Source: Adineta vaga
Lineage: Eukaryota; Animalia; Rotifera
Length of the DNA: 64,000 nt
Reading direction: 5' to 3'
NCBI GenBank assembly: GCA_021613535.1
Contig: CP075492.1
Location: forward strand, 17,112,001 to 17,176,000
Below are positions 14,209-26,683 of this stretch, piece by piece (positions within the stretch are counted from its first letter, which is position 1; each line of letters opens with the position of its first letter). The notes beneath the pieces are model-generated. The model was given only the letters and a program-made list of their open reading frames with translations, made no database searches and had not been told where the DNA came from. The position numbers and the translations under genes were made by a program.

Positions 14209-16436
14209 TTATCCATATATTTCACAACTGGCCAAAGGAGAACTGCTGCATCCACCAGTAACTAACACATTTCCATTTGGTAAAATTGTTGCTGTAGTAT
14301 CACTTCGTCCAAAATTCATATTTCTTGTTTTTGTCCAAATACCTGTTGATGGGTCATATAATTCAGCACTGTTGAGACAATTACTATCGAATCCCCCCGT
14401 AACTAAAACTGTTCCATTTAACAGTGTTGTTGCTGTATGAGATCTTCGTCCAAAATTCATATTTCCTGTTGTTGTCCAAATACCTGTTGATGGGTCATAT
14501 AATTCAGCACTGTTGAGACAATTACTATCGAATCCCCCCGTAACTAAAACTGTTCCATTTAACAGTGTTGTTGCTGTATGAGATCTTCGTACAAAATTCA
14601 TATTTCCTGTTGTTGTCCAAATACCTGTTGATGGATCATATAATTCAGCACTGTTGACATCCAAAGTACCATTCGTTCCTCCAGTAACTAAAATTTTTCC
14701 ATTTGATAACATTGATGCTGTATGAAAAGTTCGTGCAGAATTCATATTTCCTGTTTTTGTCCAATTACCTGTTGATGTATCATATAATTCCGCACTATTG
14801 TGATAATTACCATTGAATCCCCCAGTAACTAAAACTGTTCCATTTAACAGAGTTGTTGCTGTATGAGATCTTCGTCCAAAATTCATATTTCCTGTTGTTG
14901 TCCAAATACCTGTTGATGGGTCATACAATTCAGCACTGCTGACATAAGAACTACAACTGTATCCCCCAGTAACTAAAATTTTTCCATTTGATAACATTGA
15001 TGCTGCATGAGAAGTTCGTGCAGAATTCATATTTCCTGTTTTTGTCCAATTACCTGTTGATGAATCATATAATTCAGCACTGTTGAAACAACTACCATTC
15101 CATCCCCCAGTAACTAAAACTTTTCCATTTAACAGAGTTGTTGCTGTATGAGATCTTCGTCCGAAATTCATATTTCCTGTTGTTGTCCAATTACCTGTTG
15201 ATGGATCATATAATTCAGCACTGTTGACATCCAAAGTACCATTGGTTCCTCCAGTAACTAAAATTTTTCCATTTGATAACATTGATGCTGTATGAGAGGA
15301 TCGTGCGACATTCATATTCGTAGTGTTTGTCCATACTGGAAAAAATGATTTCAATGAAATTCAAAAGAAATACTTTTTTGCAAGAAAACAAAATCGCTTG
15401 GTGTGAGCGACTGAAGATGACGGTACAATATCTACAAATATATCCACACCCTTATTTCACCTATTCATATCCTTAGTGACGTGAACACTCTGAATATCTC
15501 GATAAAAGTATTTTTGTAGAAGTCCTAAACTTTTTCCTATCACTTTCTTTATATGAAAATGCAATAAAGGTGATCCTAAAAACTATTCGAAAACTCGGAA
15601 TTTTTAATAGAAAGAACATATTTTCTCTCATCAAATGTGTTTTGTGAAGCAAACGAGCATTTTGAATGGAAAAGAAAACCTTCCCAAAAAAAGTGAATGG
15701 ATCTCGAAAAATTCACTCAATAGTTTTGTTTAAAGGAGGTGTGATGGTTTCACTATATTTCCTTTCACAAAATTTCAATCGGATTTCAACGGAATGTTAA
15801 TTAGCTAGTTATTCTTGATCTAATATGAGGAGGGAACGTTTCGAATTATTACACGTTGTTCCCGAATGAATGTGTGTTTTCGGTTAGAGCTCATTGAATG
15901 TAACAAATTAATATAAATCTTAATGAGTTTTACTGGAAATACTTACTTGTTCCTGTTGTTGCAGTAGTCGCTGTTGTTGTACTTGTTCCTGTTGTCGCAG
16001 TGGTCGCTGTTGTTGTACTTGTTTCTGTTGTTGCAGTAGCCGTTGTTGTTGTACTTGTGTCTGTTGTTGCAGTAGTCGCTGTTGTTGTACTTGTTGTGGA
16101 TGATATTGTTGTCAATGGTTCGGGTGGAAAATTTGGAAAGAAAAAAGACCCAATGGTTGTTCTTTCAAAACGGAAATCATTCGATGAATAATTGCTAATC
16201 AACTGGCATGTTTGATTGACTGTAACACAGTTCCATCCAACTGCACCAACAGTTAGAGCCGCACATGTACATTGAGTACATGTTGTATTCAAAAATATTT
16301 TGTCCACATCCGTTGTAATGAAGATTGTATTTGAGATCATTCCAATACTCACCGAGAAGGCAATGTCGAGATTAAGCAACAATATAAATAGCATATAGCT
16401 ATCGAAAAAGAAATATAATAATTTGATAGAATGCAT
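14209..16436 (-). CDS. Secreted PAN/apple-like domain + Thr-rich linker + kelch-repeat propeller
   Basis: Hydrophobic leader, CTQCTC..WNC..CQL, Thr-rich tract; phase-1 intron 15946-15336 joins in frame to about eight 48-aa kelch repeats (HTA..L.NG.VLVTGG..SAELYDP). Confidence 0.85.
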
Positions 16437-17314
16437 TATTAGATGGTTCCCTTTCGCTCTGTCTATGTTAGTATATTGCGTGAAAAGAATTTTATCTGAA
16501 AACACAATTAATGATTAATGTATCTGTAAACGTTTACATAATTAGATTCGATTTTTCAGAGACTTATACAAGACTTCGCTCATCAACTTCATAAAGATAG
16601 TTTCATTATTGAGATTTTTATTAACATTTTTTTTTCCGTATACTCACACTGACGCAGTATTGTCATTTGTTTTCGTATTTAATTCAATACAGTTTATTAG
16701 ATATGTCTACTGTAGCAATTAGATTATTTCACGATTCGTCTGATCTACTTTTTTTTCAACCATTTTATAAAACTATCTGATAGTAATAGATAATACCGGA
16801 TGCCACAAAATGTCTGCACATCTTTTTATTTTGCATATATTTCGTCATGAATGAAAAATCATAAAATTGTTGAATTTTTTTTGAGAGATGCACTATGAAA
16901 AATTCTGTGAAAATAGTAAAAGCAGATCTCTGCTGACTTGAGCTAATGGTCTTTTCTATACTTAAAAGAAAAAATATACATTACACTGTATCTTCTCGCC
17001 GTATTGAATGTTCTTTTGTTATGGAATCCGAATATTTGATTACCGCATTTGTGTAGAGCTTTTGATGGCGCAGGGTGTGGGCATGTTTACCAGTGCCCGG
17101 CAGGACAGATTTGATCGTACTTAAAATCCATTTTATTCTGTTCTGATTTTTTCAATCTCATCTCTCGACTGGCTTTTTAGCTGACCTTGCAAACTTCAAT
17201 ACGTTCCATTTACCATAAGTAATATAAAGGGCATGGTTGTGAATGAGTTTCAATGAAAAGCAATATTTACCTACAGTGTCTTATACTCACATTCATGCAT
17301 CCGTCCACAGCCAT

Positions 17315-17994
17315 CCCAGACAGACAAGACTTTCAAAAAACACGTAAAAACGCGGTTAAAAAGCGTAAATACACAGTTTAAACGGTAGATCGCCGTAAAA
17401 ACGCCGTTTTTACAAACTGCTCATAGGTTAAAAACTAGATGGCATCTCGGCATCCGAAATGCGAGATAAGGTGCGAAGACACTGGTTTCCTTGATTCGCT
17501 TTCACCTTCTTTTGTGGCTATGTATTCTCTGTGTTCAGAAGTATGCCATATGATTTCTCAGCTGTAAACATATGTATACCCGAAGTTAGCGCCTAGTCGT
17601 CTTCTTTTAAACGCCGTTTTAATTATCTCGAAAAAATGACCAGTGAAATAAGTCATTTTTAGCGACATTTTGTATACATACGGAGAGTCATAATTAAATT
17701 TTGAAAACTAATGGTATAGATTCAGTCTCGATACTTTAGTCTCGCATTTGAATAGTGTTTTTCTGATATACCGTTTTTTAGATCGTCGCGTCACCAAATC
17801 ACAAAAAAAATGCGTACGGACGATAGGAAGAAATAAATAAATAAATAAAGGAAGAAAAAAACTCGCGACGAACATATAAAGAGTGCCTTCGCACCTAAAA
17901 ACGATAAAAACCCACGTTTTAATGCTTTTTAACGCGTTAATTAATTTTTTTGTACCGTTTTTACGCGTTATTTTTTGTTGCTTGTCTGTCTGGG
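17315..17994. mobile_element. CCCAG..CTGGG MITE (CMC/EnSpm-like) with AT target duplication and a nested element
   Basis: TIR cccagacagacaag / cttgtctgtctggg, flanked by AT on both sides. Confidence 0.75.
17432..17899. mobile_element. Nested Helentron/DINE-like non-autonomous element
   Basis: Subterminal inverted repeat aggtgcgaagacact / agtgccttcgcacct, (AAAT)n microsatellite, A-tract insertion context. Confidence 0.55.
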
Positions 17995-18604
17995 ATGTCG
18001 CGCAACAACGTAATCATCTTATATATACCAATAATCGAGACACATCTGACATTCGTCAACAATATAAATTGCTAAAAAAAAGTTGATTACGTCGGCGTCT
18101 CATGCTCACACTCATACTCAACCTTATTGTTTGGCCAAATATTTAGGTGTAAGAAAGAGCTGTATTCGAAAAGTTTCGCTGTTCTTTAACATAAAAAATT
18201 TCAATACCTTAAAACTTGAATATCTTGATTGAAGAATACATCCTATTCCGCAGTGTTGATTCCACAATGTTCAACATTGAGGAGTACGGGGGTTGCTCAA
18301 AGAAAGAGAGAGATCTGAAGAGTGAATATTCTTATGATATTCTTTATACTAACCACTCCGTTCGTCTTGCAATCTAAAAAATATCACACTCACTTATGGA
18401 CTCAAAAAAATTTTAGTTTTTCAAATTGCTGTTACTCATCATTGTCTCCGAGATGATTACTTCGTATCTTTCTATAGAGAACTTAGGAACAATTATGTGC
18501 CTACTTTAATGTGCCATTTTCTCATTCATATAAAAATCTTAAAAGTACAGGGTGATTCATAAGTAAGGAAACAGCGTCTATTATTATCGATGTTCTTAAT
18601 TTAG

Positions 18605-19365
18605 GTGAACAATTTGATGAGTACAAAGAACGATAGTTTTGCTTTATTCTTCTTGGTATTAGTGCAGCAAATCTTTTCGAATCAATTTTTTTGAATGAAC
18701 GTATCAGAATAGGAATTTCATTTTTAATTGAAATCGGTGAACTTTTCTGTTATTTATTTATTCTTAAACGTACATTGATTATTTCATTAACACTTTTTGG
18801 TCTTCAATTTTTATGTTATGTTATCACGTTTTATTTCGCTCAAATTGATCATCAGACGAAACCGATTACATATCGAATTCGAACATTCATTTATCGTCTT
18901 GCTATGTATATTGGTACAAATGGTAGTTCTCTCTTAACATTATTTCTTAATTCAGAATCTCAATTTGGTTAAACACTTTATGAAGTAAGTATAATTATTT
19001 CCATTTTTTTATCTACTGTATCATTTAAAAATTCAAACGTTACTGAGCCATCGACACATCAAATACAAATTCAAAGGATAACCGATTGGAAAATGCCTGT
19101 CCGTTTGAATTTCGGACAATGTCCGAAAGATATTAGCCGTATTGAAGGTGTTTGGACTTTTACAATTTATTTAATTTCAATCGTATTTAGTTGTTTCTAT
19201 ATGACTATTTTAACAGTTGTTTTAGCAAGTCTTGAATTAGAAGAAAAAGGATCACAACTATCATCTTACGATCGAGGTGTTTGTATTTTCTTTTTAGTTG
19301 TTACTTCATGTGTTATATTTTTTGTTATTTATGGTATTATTTCTAAGAAATCGATGTCTCGATAA
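18605..19365 (+). pseudogene. Degraded multi-pass membrane protein
   Basis: Two adjacent hydrophobic ORFs (18691-18972, 19093-19365) on one strand separated by a stop; family not recognised. Confidence 0.4.
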
Positions 19366-20653
19366 GTTCATCAATAAATGGAACGTTTCAGATAAGAAAA
19401 AAAGGAAGCAGAAAAAGTCTCGAAAATGATAATATATCAGATTGAACAGATTGATCTTCCGACATGATATGTCAGTGGATTACCTTTTTCCTATTCGTTT
19501 AGATTATAACAGAAAATTCTATTTTCAAATATCGGACGAAATCAAAGACTAAATTGCGAGAATTTTTTTATGTAAACAAAGACGTTGTTAATCTTTACTT
19601 ACTATTTTGTATCAAATCTTCAATATGAAATTAATCATAAAACGGTTTAAATTATAGAAATAATATAAAATAAATTTCTCAAAATTCAACTATGCAAATC
19701 TCTTGATTCAATATATATTTCACAATTTGTAATGGTTCAGATATTCAACATTGATATTATATTAAAATCGAGAAAATCTTTCGTCAATACATTTGATAAA
19801 AGGTATTTCATAACATTTAACATCAACTGTCTATGATATTCGATAATTCTTATTAATCAGTTTATCATTATTACCATATATTGAAATGAGAAGGATTTAG
19901 AGAATGAGTTTTTAGTTATTAATATAGTTTCAATAGAATATGGATTTTACATACAAAGTTATAAGATATCAATATTTATCAGTTGGTTTTAGTAACAAGT
20001 GAACTCGTATTAAATCTTGTTAAAATAATCTTTTGAAGAACTTTTATGAGCTGTGATGAAAAAATTAATTTTATTATTGAATTTTTTTTTGTTTCATTTT
20101 AACAAATATTAAATTAAAAACAGAAAATTCTACAAAATGTTTCATTTTATTCATTATCTTGATAAAAAGTATACGTTTTTTCCGGTGTTGCTTTAACTAA
20201 TAACGTTGTATATAGTATAATAAGATGAATACATTTTAAAAATCAAGAATAAGGATAATTTTATAAGGGTATCTATCTTTCTAATATATTCTCAAGAAAT
20301 GTTTTACTATGTTTCTTATTCACAAAGAAATTCATAATAAGAATATTCTTCTCATTATAATCGTCGTTAGTTCAAAATAAGACATTTATTTTCATAATGT
20401 TTATAGTAAATATAAATTGAACAACATACTTCAATCGTTTCCAACTGAAATTATTTATACATTCTTTTTATCCAGTTATAGATTAAATAATTTATTAGTA
20501 GAAAATCATCGTCATTGTGAAATTAAGGTTTATTAATAATTCATATGGATACGTGAAAAAACCAAAGAGAAAAGAAGAAATAGGAAATCTACTTACAGTC
20601 ACACCGTCATATTCAACTAAGGAAAAGAAGAAATTAAAAATCTATGTGCATTC

Positions 20654-20715
20654 ATCTTGAGGATGAGTGGGTGAGGCTTAAGAGTAAAGTCTAACCCACA
20701 CCCACACCCTAAAAT
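20654..20715. repeat. TGAGGG/TGTGGG hairpin element
   Basis: atcttgaggatgagtggg...cccacacccacaccctaaaat; a shorter copy follows at 21053-21086. Confidence 0.8.
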
Positions 20716-21818
20716 ATTTTCTCCCAGTTATTAATATGAAAAAAATTTGAAACGTATAGTTTACATATGGAAAAAAGCTCGTATTAATTTTCAATTTTTC
20801 ATATCTATTGTAATTACAGTCAAGAAAATATTATTCCCTCCTTGTCTCTAAAGTACGTAGTTTTCTAAGGATGGTTCCAGAAAATGAGTACTGGGGGTAA
20901 TAGTCGCCAGACTACTGTATTTTCTTACTAAATAAACGACCTATCGTCTTATAATAATACTCACAACATCAACCGCTAATCTAATCACAAGAGAGAAGAA
21001 AGGGTGAGCGGGTACATTTCTCACTAGTGTAAACATTTATAATTTTGTGACATGAGGGTGTGGGTTAACAAGAGACCCACACCCTAGCCAACACAAGTAC
21101 TTAAACAAACCGAGACAAAAATAACTCGAATATGGTGCTGACTTTTCTTACGTGCAAAATTCTTCGATTTTCATAATTTATAAGGAAAATTTTCGCAGGA
21201 AAAAAACCCGTAAAATTTCATATAAACTCAAAATGTTGTGAAACTTTATCAACTTGTGAGCCTGTCTGCATGGCTCTCGAGTGATTTATATCAAAAAGAA
21301 TAAAAAGGGAATCACTCTCCGTATACTGTGTCAGACACACACATATATACCGGGAAGAAAAAGAGAACAAAGGGGAAGAATGGTATCAGAGATAGCATTC
21401 TTTCACGAAACAAACAAAAGGGATGACTGTAACACTCCATGAATCAGAAGGATGAGGAGGAATGTATCCAGACGTGACATGGTAGAGAGGAAGAGAGAAG
21501 AAGAATAGCGAGAACACTCGTCATCGCTAACACAACTTATCTTACATTGACTCAAGTGTGCACACGAAGGAAAAATCCTTCATATATGTCATCATACGAA
21601 CAGGGAAAACTTCAATATACGTATTTCGGAATTGTCCATACTAGCAATAGTTACTACTGATTTACAAAGATTATACATACTTCAGATCGCGCTTGCTATT
21701 TATTATTTTACTAATTTCGACGAAACAAACCGCTAAAACTATTACATACTAATTAGCAAGGTAAGCATCAGACGGTCAATTTATTCATATTTTTATTTTC
21801 AATAGGTAAATTCAACAA

Positions 21819-22970
21819 ATGACAGGCGAAAAAGTTCAAAATTTATTCAAGATCATTGATGATTCGATTGCAACTGATAATGCATTCGAGAAAATCAATT
21901 CATTATTTGATGAAGTTTTAGTTTTATTAAATGAACTCGAAGTTGAAGATGAATCATCATATAATGCAGCTAAACATGAATATCATACAAAAAAATCTTC
22001 TTGTTTAAAATCATTTGGAAAAATAGAAGAATCTTTAAAAGAAGAAACATTAGCTATTCGATATGGATCAAAATTACCAAAAGCAATTCAACAAGAACCA
22101 ATAAATCCTTTGCTATTATCATTACCAATGGAAGATAATGATGATGATGAATTAACGATTTCAAAAGCGAAAGCATTTATTGAAAAAAGTTTTCAAGATT
22201 TGACACAACACAGATTAATTTCCAATCAGATAAGAAATGAATTAGAAAATTTACTTATTGATTATCTTCTTCCAAATGAAATTCTATCAGTTGAACAATA
22301 TGATAATTTAGAAAAATCATCTTCACAAATACATCTTATTGCAAAAACGTTTCACGATCAAATTACTCTTGATAATAATCTAGAACAAATTGTATCAAAC
22401 AATGAAATTTATTCTGAAGATCCAATAACAGAAATTTCATTTCTTCTCACATTATTTGATACATCAATTGATAAAGGTTTAAATGTATTATTAATTCAAA
22501 AGAAAATTTATTAAATGAATTAACACAAAATGGAACCATTTGCGATCGAGATTTAATTAAAAGATATACAAAAGAAGGACAAAAATTATGGGAAATTGCT
22601 CGAGATTATAGTCGAGCAAGAAATGCAAATTGGAATCAATTTGTTCATTTAAATGGAAATGAATTAAGAAATCGAACAGAAACTGAATTAAAGAAACTTC
22701 AAAAGATACATTCATTATTAGCTTATGAACAATATCGTGCAGCAGCATTAACACTTGGAATAGGAGGTACTGCAGAAGAACGTAGTGAATTAAGACGAAT
22801 GATGGCGATTACACTTTATACAGGTGAAGAATATTTACAAGCACAAATGTATACAATTGCTGCAATGCATATTCTATTGAATGATACGAATACAAATGAA
22901 ATTTATTCAAAAATAAACGGTTTACAAAAATTATTAGGAAAAATTCAAAGTACTCAACGTCAACCTACGA

Positions 22971-23001
<31 letters not shown>

Positions 23002-26000
23002 AGCATCGTTATCGTTATCGTCTTCAACTCAACTTGTTTCTGTTAATAATCAACAACCATCATCTTCACTGATATTAAAAGCTCAAATGCAAAACGAATT
23101 ACGATCTATTGTACTTCAACAATGTTTAGTTCGAGGTGAAGAAAAACAACTTGAAACATCAAAAGAATTAATCTTAGCTGCGAAAACAAAAGTTACTCAA
23201 TATAATTCTTTAACATTTGGAATGTTAACCACAACTGCTGGTGCTGCAGTTGCAACAGGTGCACAAGTATATCAGACAATATCAACAGGTTTATTATTAG
23301 GTTCAACAATTGGACCAGTTGGAATGGTTCTTGGAGTTACTGGAGGATTAATTATTATTGCTGGTAGTGTATTATTAACAAAGAAATCTTTTGATATTAC
23401 TAATAAACTTGGTGATGAACCAATTATACGTGATATACTTAATGAAAGATTATCAGAAGCAATGGATTATTGTAAACAACAAATGTATACGAAATTCTTA
23501 GAATCATTAGCTAGACCATATTGGGATGAGTCTTATCTAATCAGAATAGAAATTCATGGTGATTCTGTTGAAATTAAAATTGATTCTCAACATATTATAA
23601 ATCAATTATTAAAACATGAATTTCGTCCAGATGGTATTGCTTATTTATTAATATTACTTGGTGAAGCATTACTTAATAAACCAAAATTAAATGATAAAAA
23701 TACAAATCTACGACAACCAACACAATCAACATTTAATGAATTAGCATCAAGTTTATTTCGAGATGTTTTCAAGAAAAATGATAAATTACAAGAAAAAGCG
23801 AAACAATTAGATTCACAAGTTCAAAAAAAACATCTAGATAATTTAACATTAAATAAATTTGAATATTATTGGCGTTCAATGATATCATCAAAATATTCAT
23901 CGTATGTTTATTCAATACCTGAAGAATATTTTAAAGATGCATTAAAAACTCCATTTACAACTCGATTAGATGAATTAGGTGATATTGCTCGTTTAAATTA
24001 TGCAATTACACAAATAATTATTGGTGGTGTCGATAATTTAGATGAAAGTCAAGAAACAATTCTGGAAATTAAACGTAAACAAATTCTCACAGAAAATAAT
24101 CAATTTTTCAAAGTATCACAATTAACAATGCAAGCTATTGATGATTTAGTTATGGCATTTGGTCTTCAACCAAAATCTTTAGTTGATAATGATTTATTAG
24201 TTTTAGAGAATAAAGTTTTATTTGAAAATATCAATATTATGATGAATGGAAATGTTCCTATTAATTGTGAATCTGTTAAAAGTGTATCAAATGCATCAGA
24301 ACAATTAGAAGCTCTTTTTGTGAATTATGTAATATGAAAATTATTTTAACTCAAAAAGAATTTACTGAAAAAGTTAAAGATTTATTTACTAATGAATCAA
24401 TGAAAGATAAGATTCAATGTATGATGATAAATGATGGAATAGATAATATTAATAATTGGATTAATGAACATTTCTGTAAACAACAATGGATTTTATCTGA
24501 AATACATTTACCAATTCTATCGCATATATTTAACGTAGAAATTCATATTTGTTCTGTTGGAATTCATTCAAATTATGGACGAGTATTTGTTGAACATAGT
24601 AATCATACATTTGATTCATCGAGTATTTTTGTTGTATTGAATGATGAAAAGAATATAATTTGTTTATTCAAAATATGTGAATTAAAATTAAATTATTTAC
24701 TTGATCAATTACATTTAGTTCAAGATATTCAATCAAAAATTCGTTTATATCATCAAATAGTTTTATATTATCGTTTGAAAGCTGAATATTATGAAACGAT
24801 ACATCGATTAAAAGCTTTACCAATGTGGAATAGTGCTAAAGAATATTACTTAGATATCATTCAATTAGATAAAAATGATTTAAAAGCATCACTTGGTTAT
24901 GGACGTTCTCTTATTATGCTTAGTAAATGGAAAAAAGCAACAGAATTCTTACATGAAATCCTTCAATTGCATGAAGATTCGAATGAAGGATGGTATTTAT
25001 TAGGTTTAGCATATCGAAAATTACGAATCTATGATAAAGCAGAATATGAAATTCGAAAATCACTTTCGAAATCATCAGATTATAAAGATGCTATCAATGA
25101 ATTGCGAATAATTGAAACTTTACAAACCGAAAAAATTGATGATCGTCTGAAAGTTTATGATCGTATGACAACGAGTGATACTCGTCGGAATGAAAATTCT
25201 TCAAATTTTAATATTTTATCGATTGATGGAGGTGGCATTCGAGGTTTAATGCCAGCTGTATGGTTAGCTGAAATTGAACGTCGTACAAATCGTTCAGCCG
25301 CATCGATGTTTCATATGATGGCTGGAACATCAACAGGTGCGATTATTGCAGCTGGTCTATCTACTCCAAATCTTGAGTTTTCAAAGCTCGTTATCGAGCT
25401 GCTGATATTGTTAAACTTTATGTTAGTCATTCAAATGAAGTTTTCAAAAAGCCATCAGAAAGATTTTATAATATGCGACGTTATTTATCACAAGAAGCAA
25501 AATATATTGATGATGGTCGAAAAAACTTATTTGGAGAATATTTTGATCATACACTTTTATCACAAGTATTAACTGAATTAGTTATTCCAACTGTGAAAAC
25601 TGATAAACAAATAACACATTTATTTAATCGTTATGATTGTCGTCATAGTCATGCACGTGATTATGAATTACAAGATATTCTTATGTGTACAACAGCAGCA
25701 CCAACTTATTTTTCATCATATCACTTAGATAATTGTCAATATATTGATGGTGGCGTTCAAATGAATAATCCAGTTATGGCTGCATATGATGAAGCAATAC
25801 GATATGGTAAATCAAAAGAAGATATTTTTATTTTATCACTTGGTACAGGTGATTATGTACCAAACCCGTTACATCCAAATGCGAATCGACATTTATTATT
25901 CTATGCAATGAATGTTCAACAAGTTTTGAATATTATTTGTGACGGACCACAATATAATATGGATGTTCATATGTTATCGGTTTTAAATAAAGAAAAATAT

Positions 26001-26171
26001 CAACGTTGGCAATTATGGTTCGAAGAACCAATTGAATTAGATGCGTATAAAGAGCCATTTATTGAAATCTTATTTGATAAAGCACGAGCATTTTTTGAAG
26101 AAATGGAAGGTTATGATAATGATAAACGTTTAGGACTTTTGCTCGATCGATTAAAAGATGATGCACATTAA
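21819..26171 (+). pseudogene. Large helical/Gly-rich TM + TPR + patatin-like phospholipase gene, frameshifted
   Basis: DGGGIRG, GTSTG, AAPTYF, DGG patatin motifs; TPRs at 24800-25110; frameshifts at about 22510, 24335 and 25380 with no intron signals. Confidence 0.8.
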
Positions 26172-26239
26172 TTTCAATAGTTTTCCAACTTTGATTTATA
26201 TTGATTTTTTGTTTTTGTAATCTTATAATAAAATTTTAA

Positions 26240-26292
26240 AAGTGTGGGTGTGAGTAAGGATTATATTCTTCTCTGCACCCATACCCACACCC
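26240..26292. repeat. TGAGGG/TGTGGG hairpin element
   Basis: gtgtgggtgtgagt...acccatacccacaccc, about 70 bp after the patatin stop. Confidence 0.8.
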
Positions 26293-26683
26293 AGGTTATA
26301 TAATAATTAAAATTGATCGAATTAAAAGGGTGAGGGGTGAAGATGGATAAGGACAATACTCATACCTGTTAGTTAAGAAACTTGTTTTATTAGATTGAAG
26401 AAAAAACATAAGTTACAATTTTCTGAATAATTTCTGTCATGCATTTTTTTAATCTACTTGGTATCCAGTAACATCATATGCAAAGCACGTTAAAGGACGT
26501 GTGATATATATTATTTTGACGCTAATATTACTTCAGAACTCGTTCATGATTTTCATTCTATTAGTTGATTTACTCATATATTTTAGAAAAAAATCACGAG
26601 AAAGTAGAAGACAAGAAGCAGTATTAAAAAATACTTGTCAAACTAAAATTTCCATGAACAATAAGTAAAAGAGCATTATATCT

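Noticed and set aside
14209-15335. CRISPR-like regular repeat
   Set aside because: 144-bp in-frame coding kelch units; no spacers or cas genes
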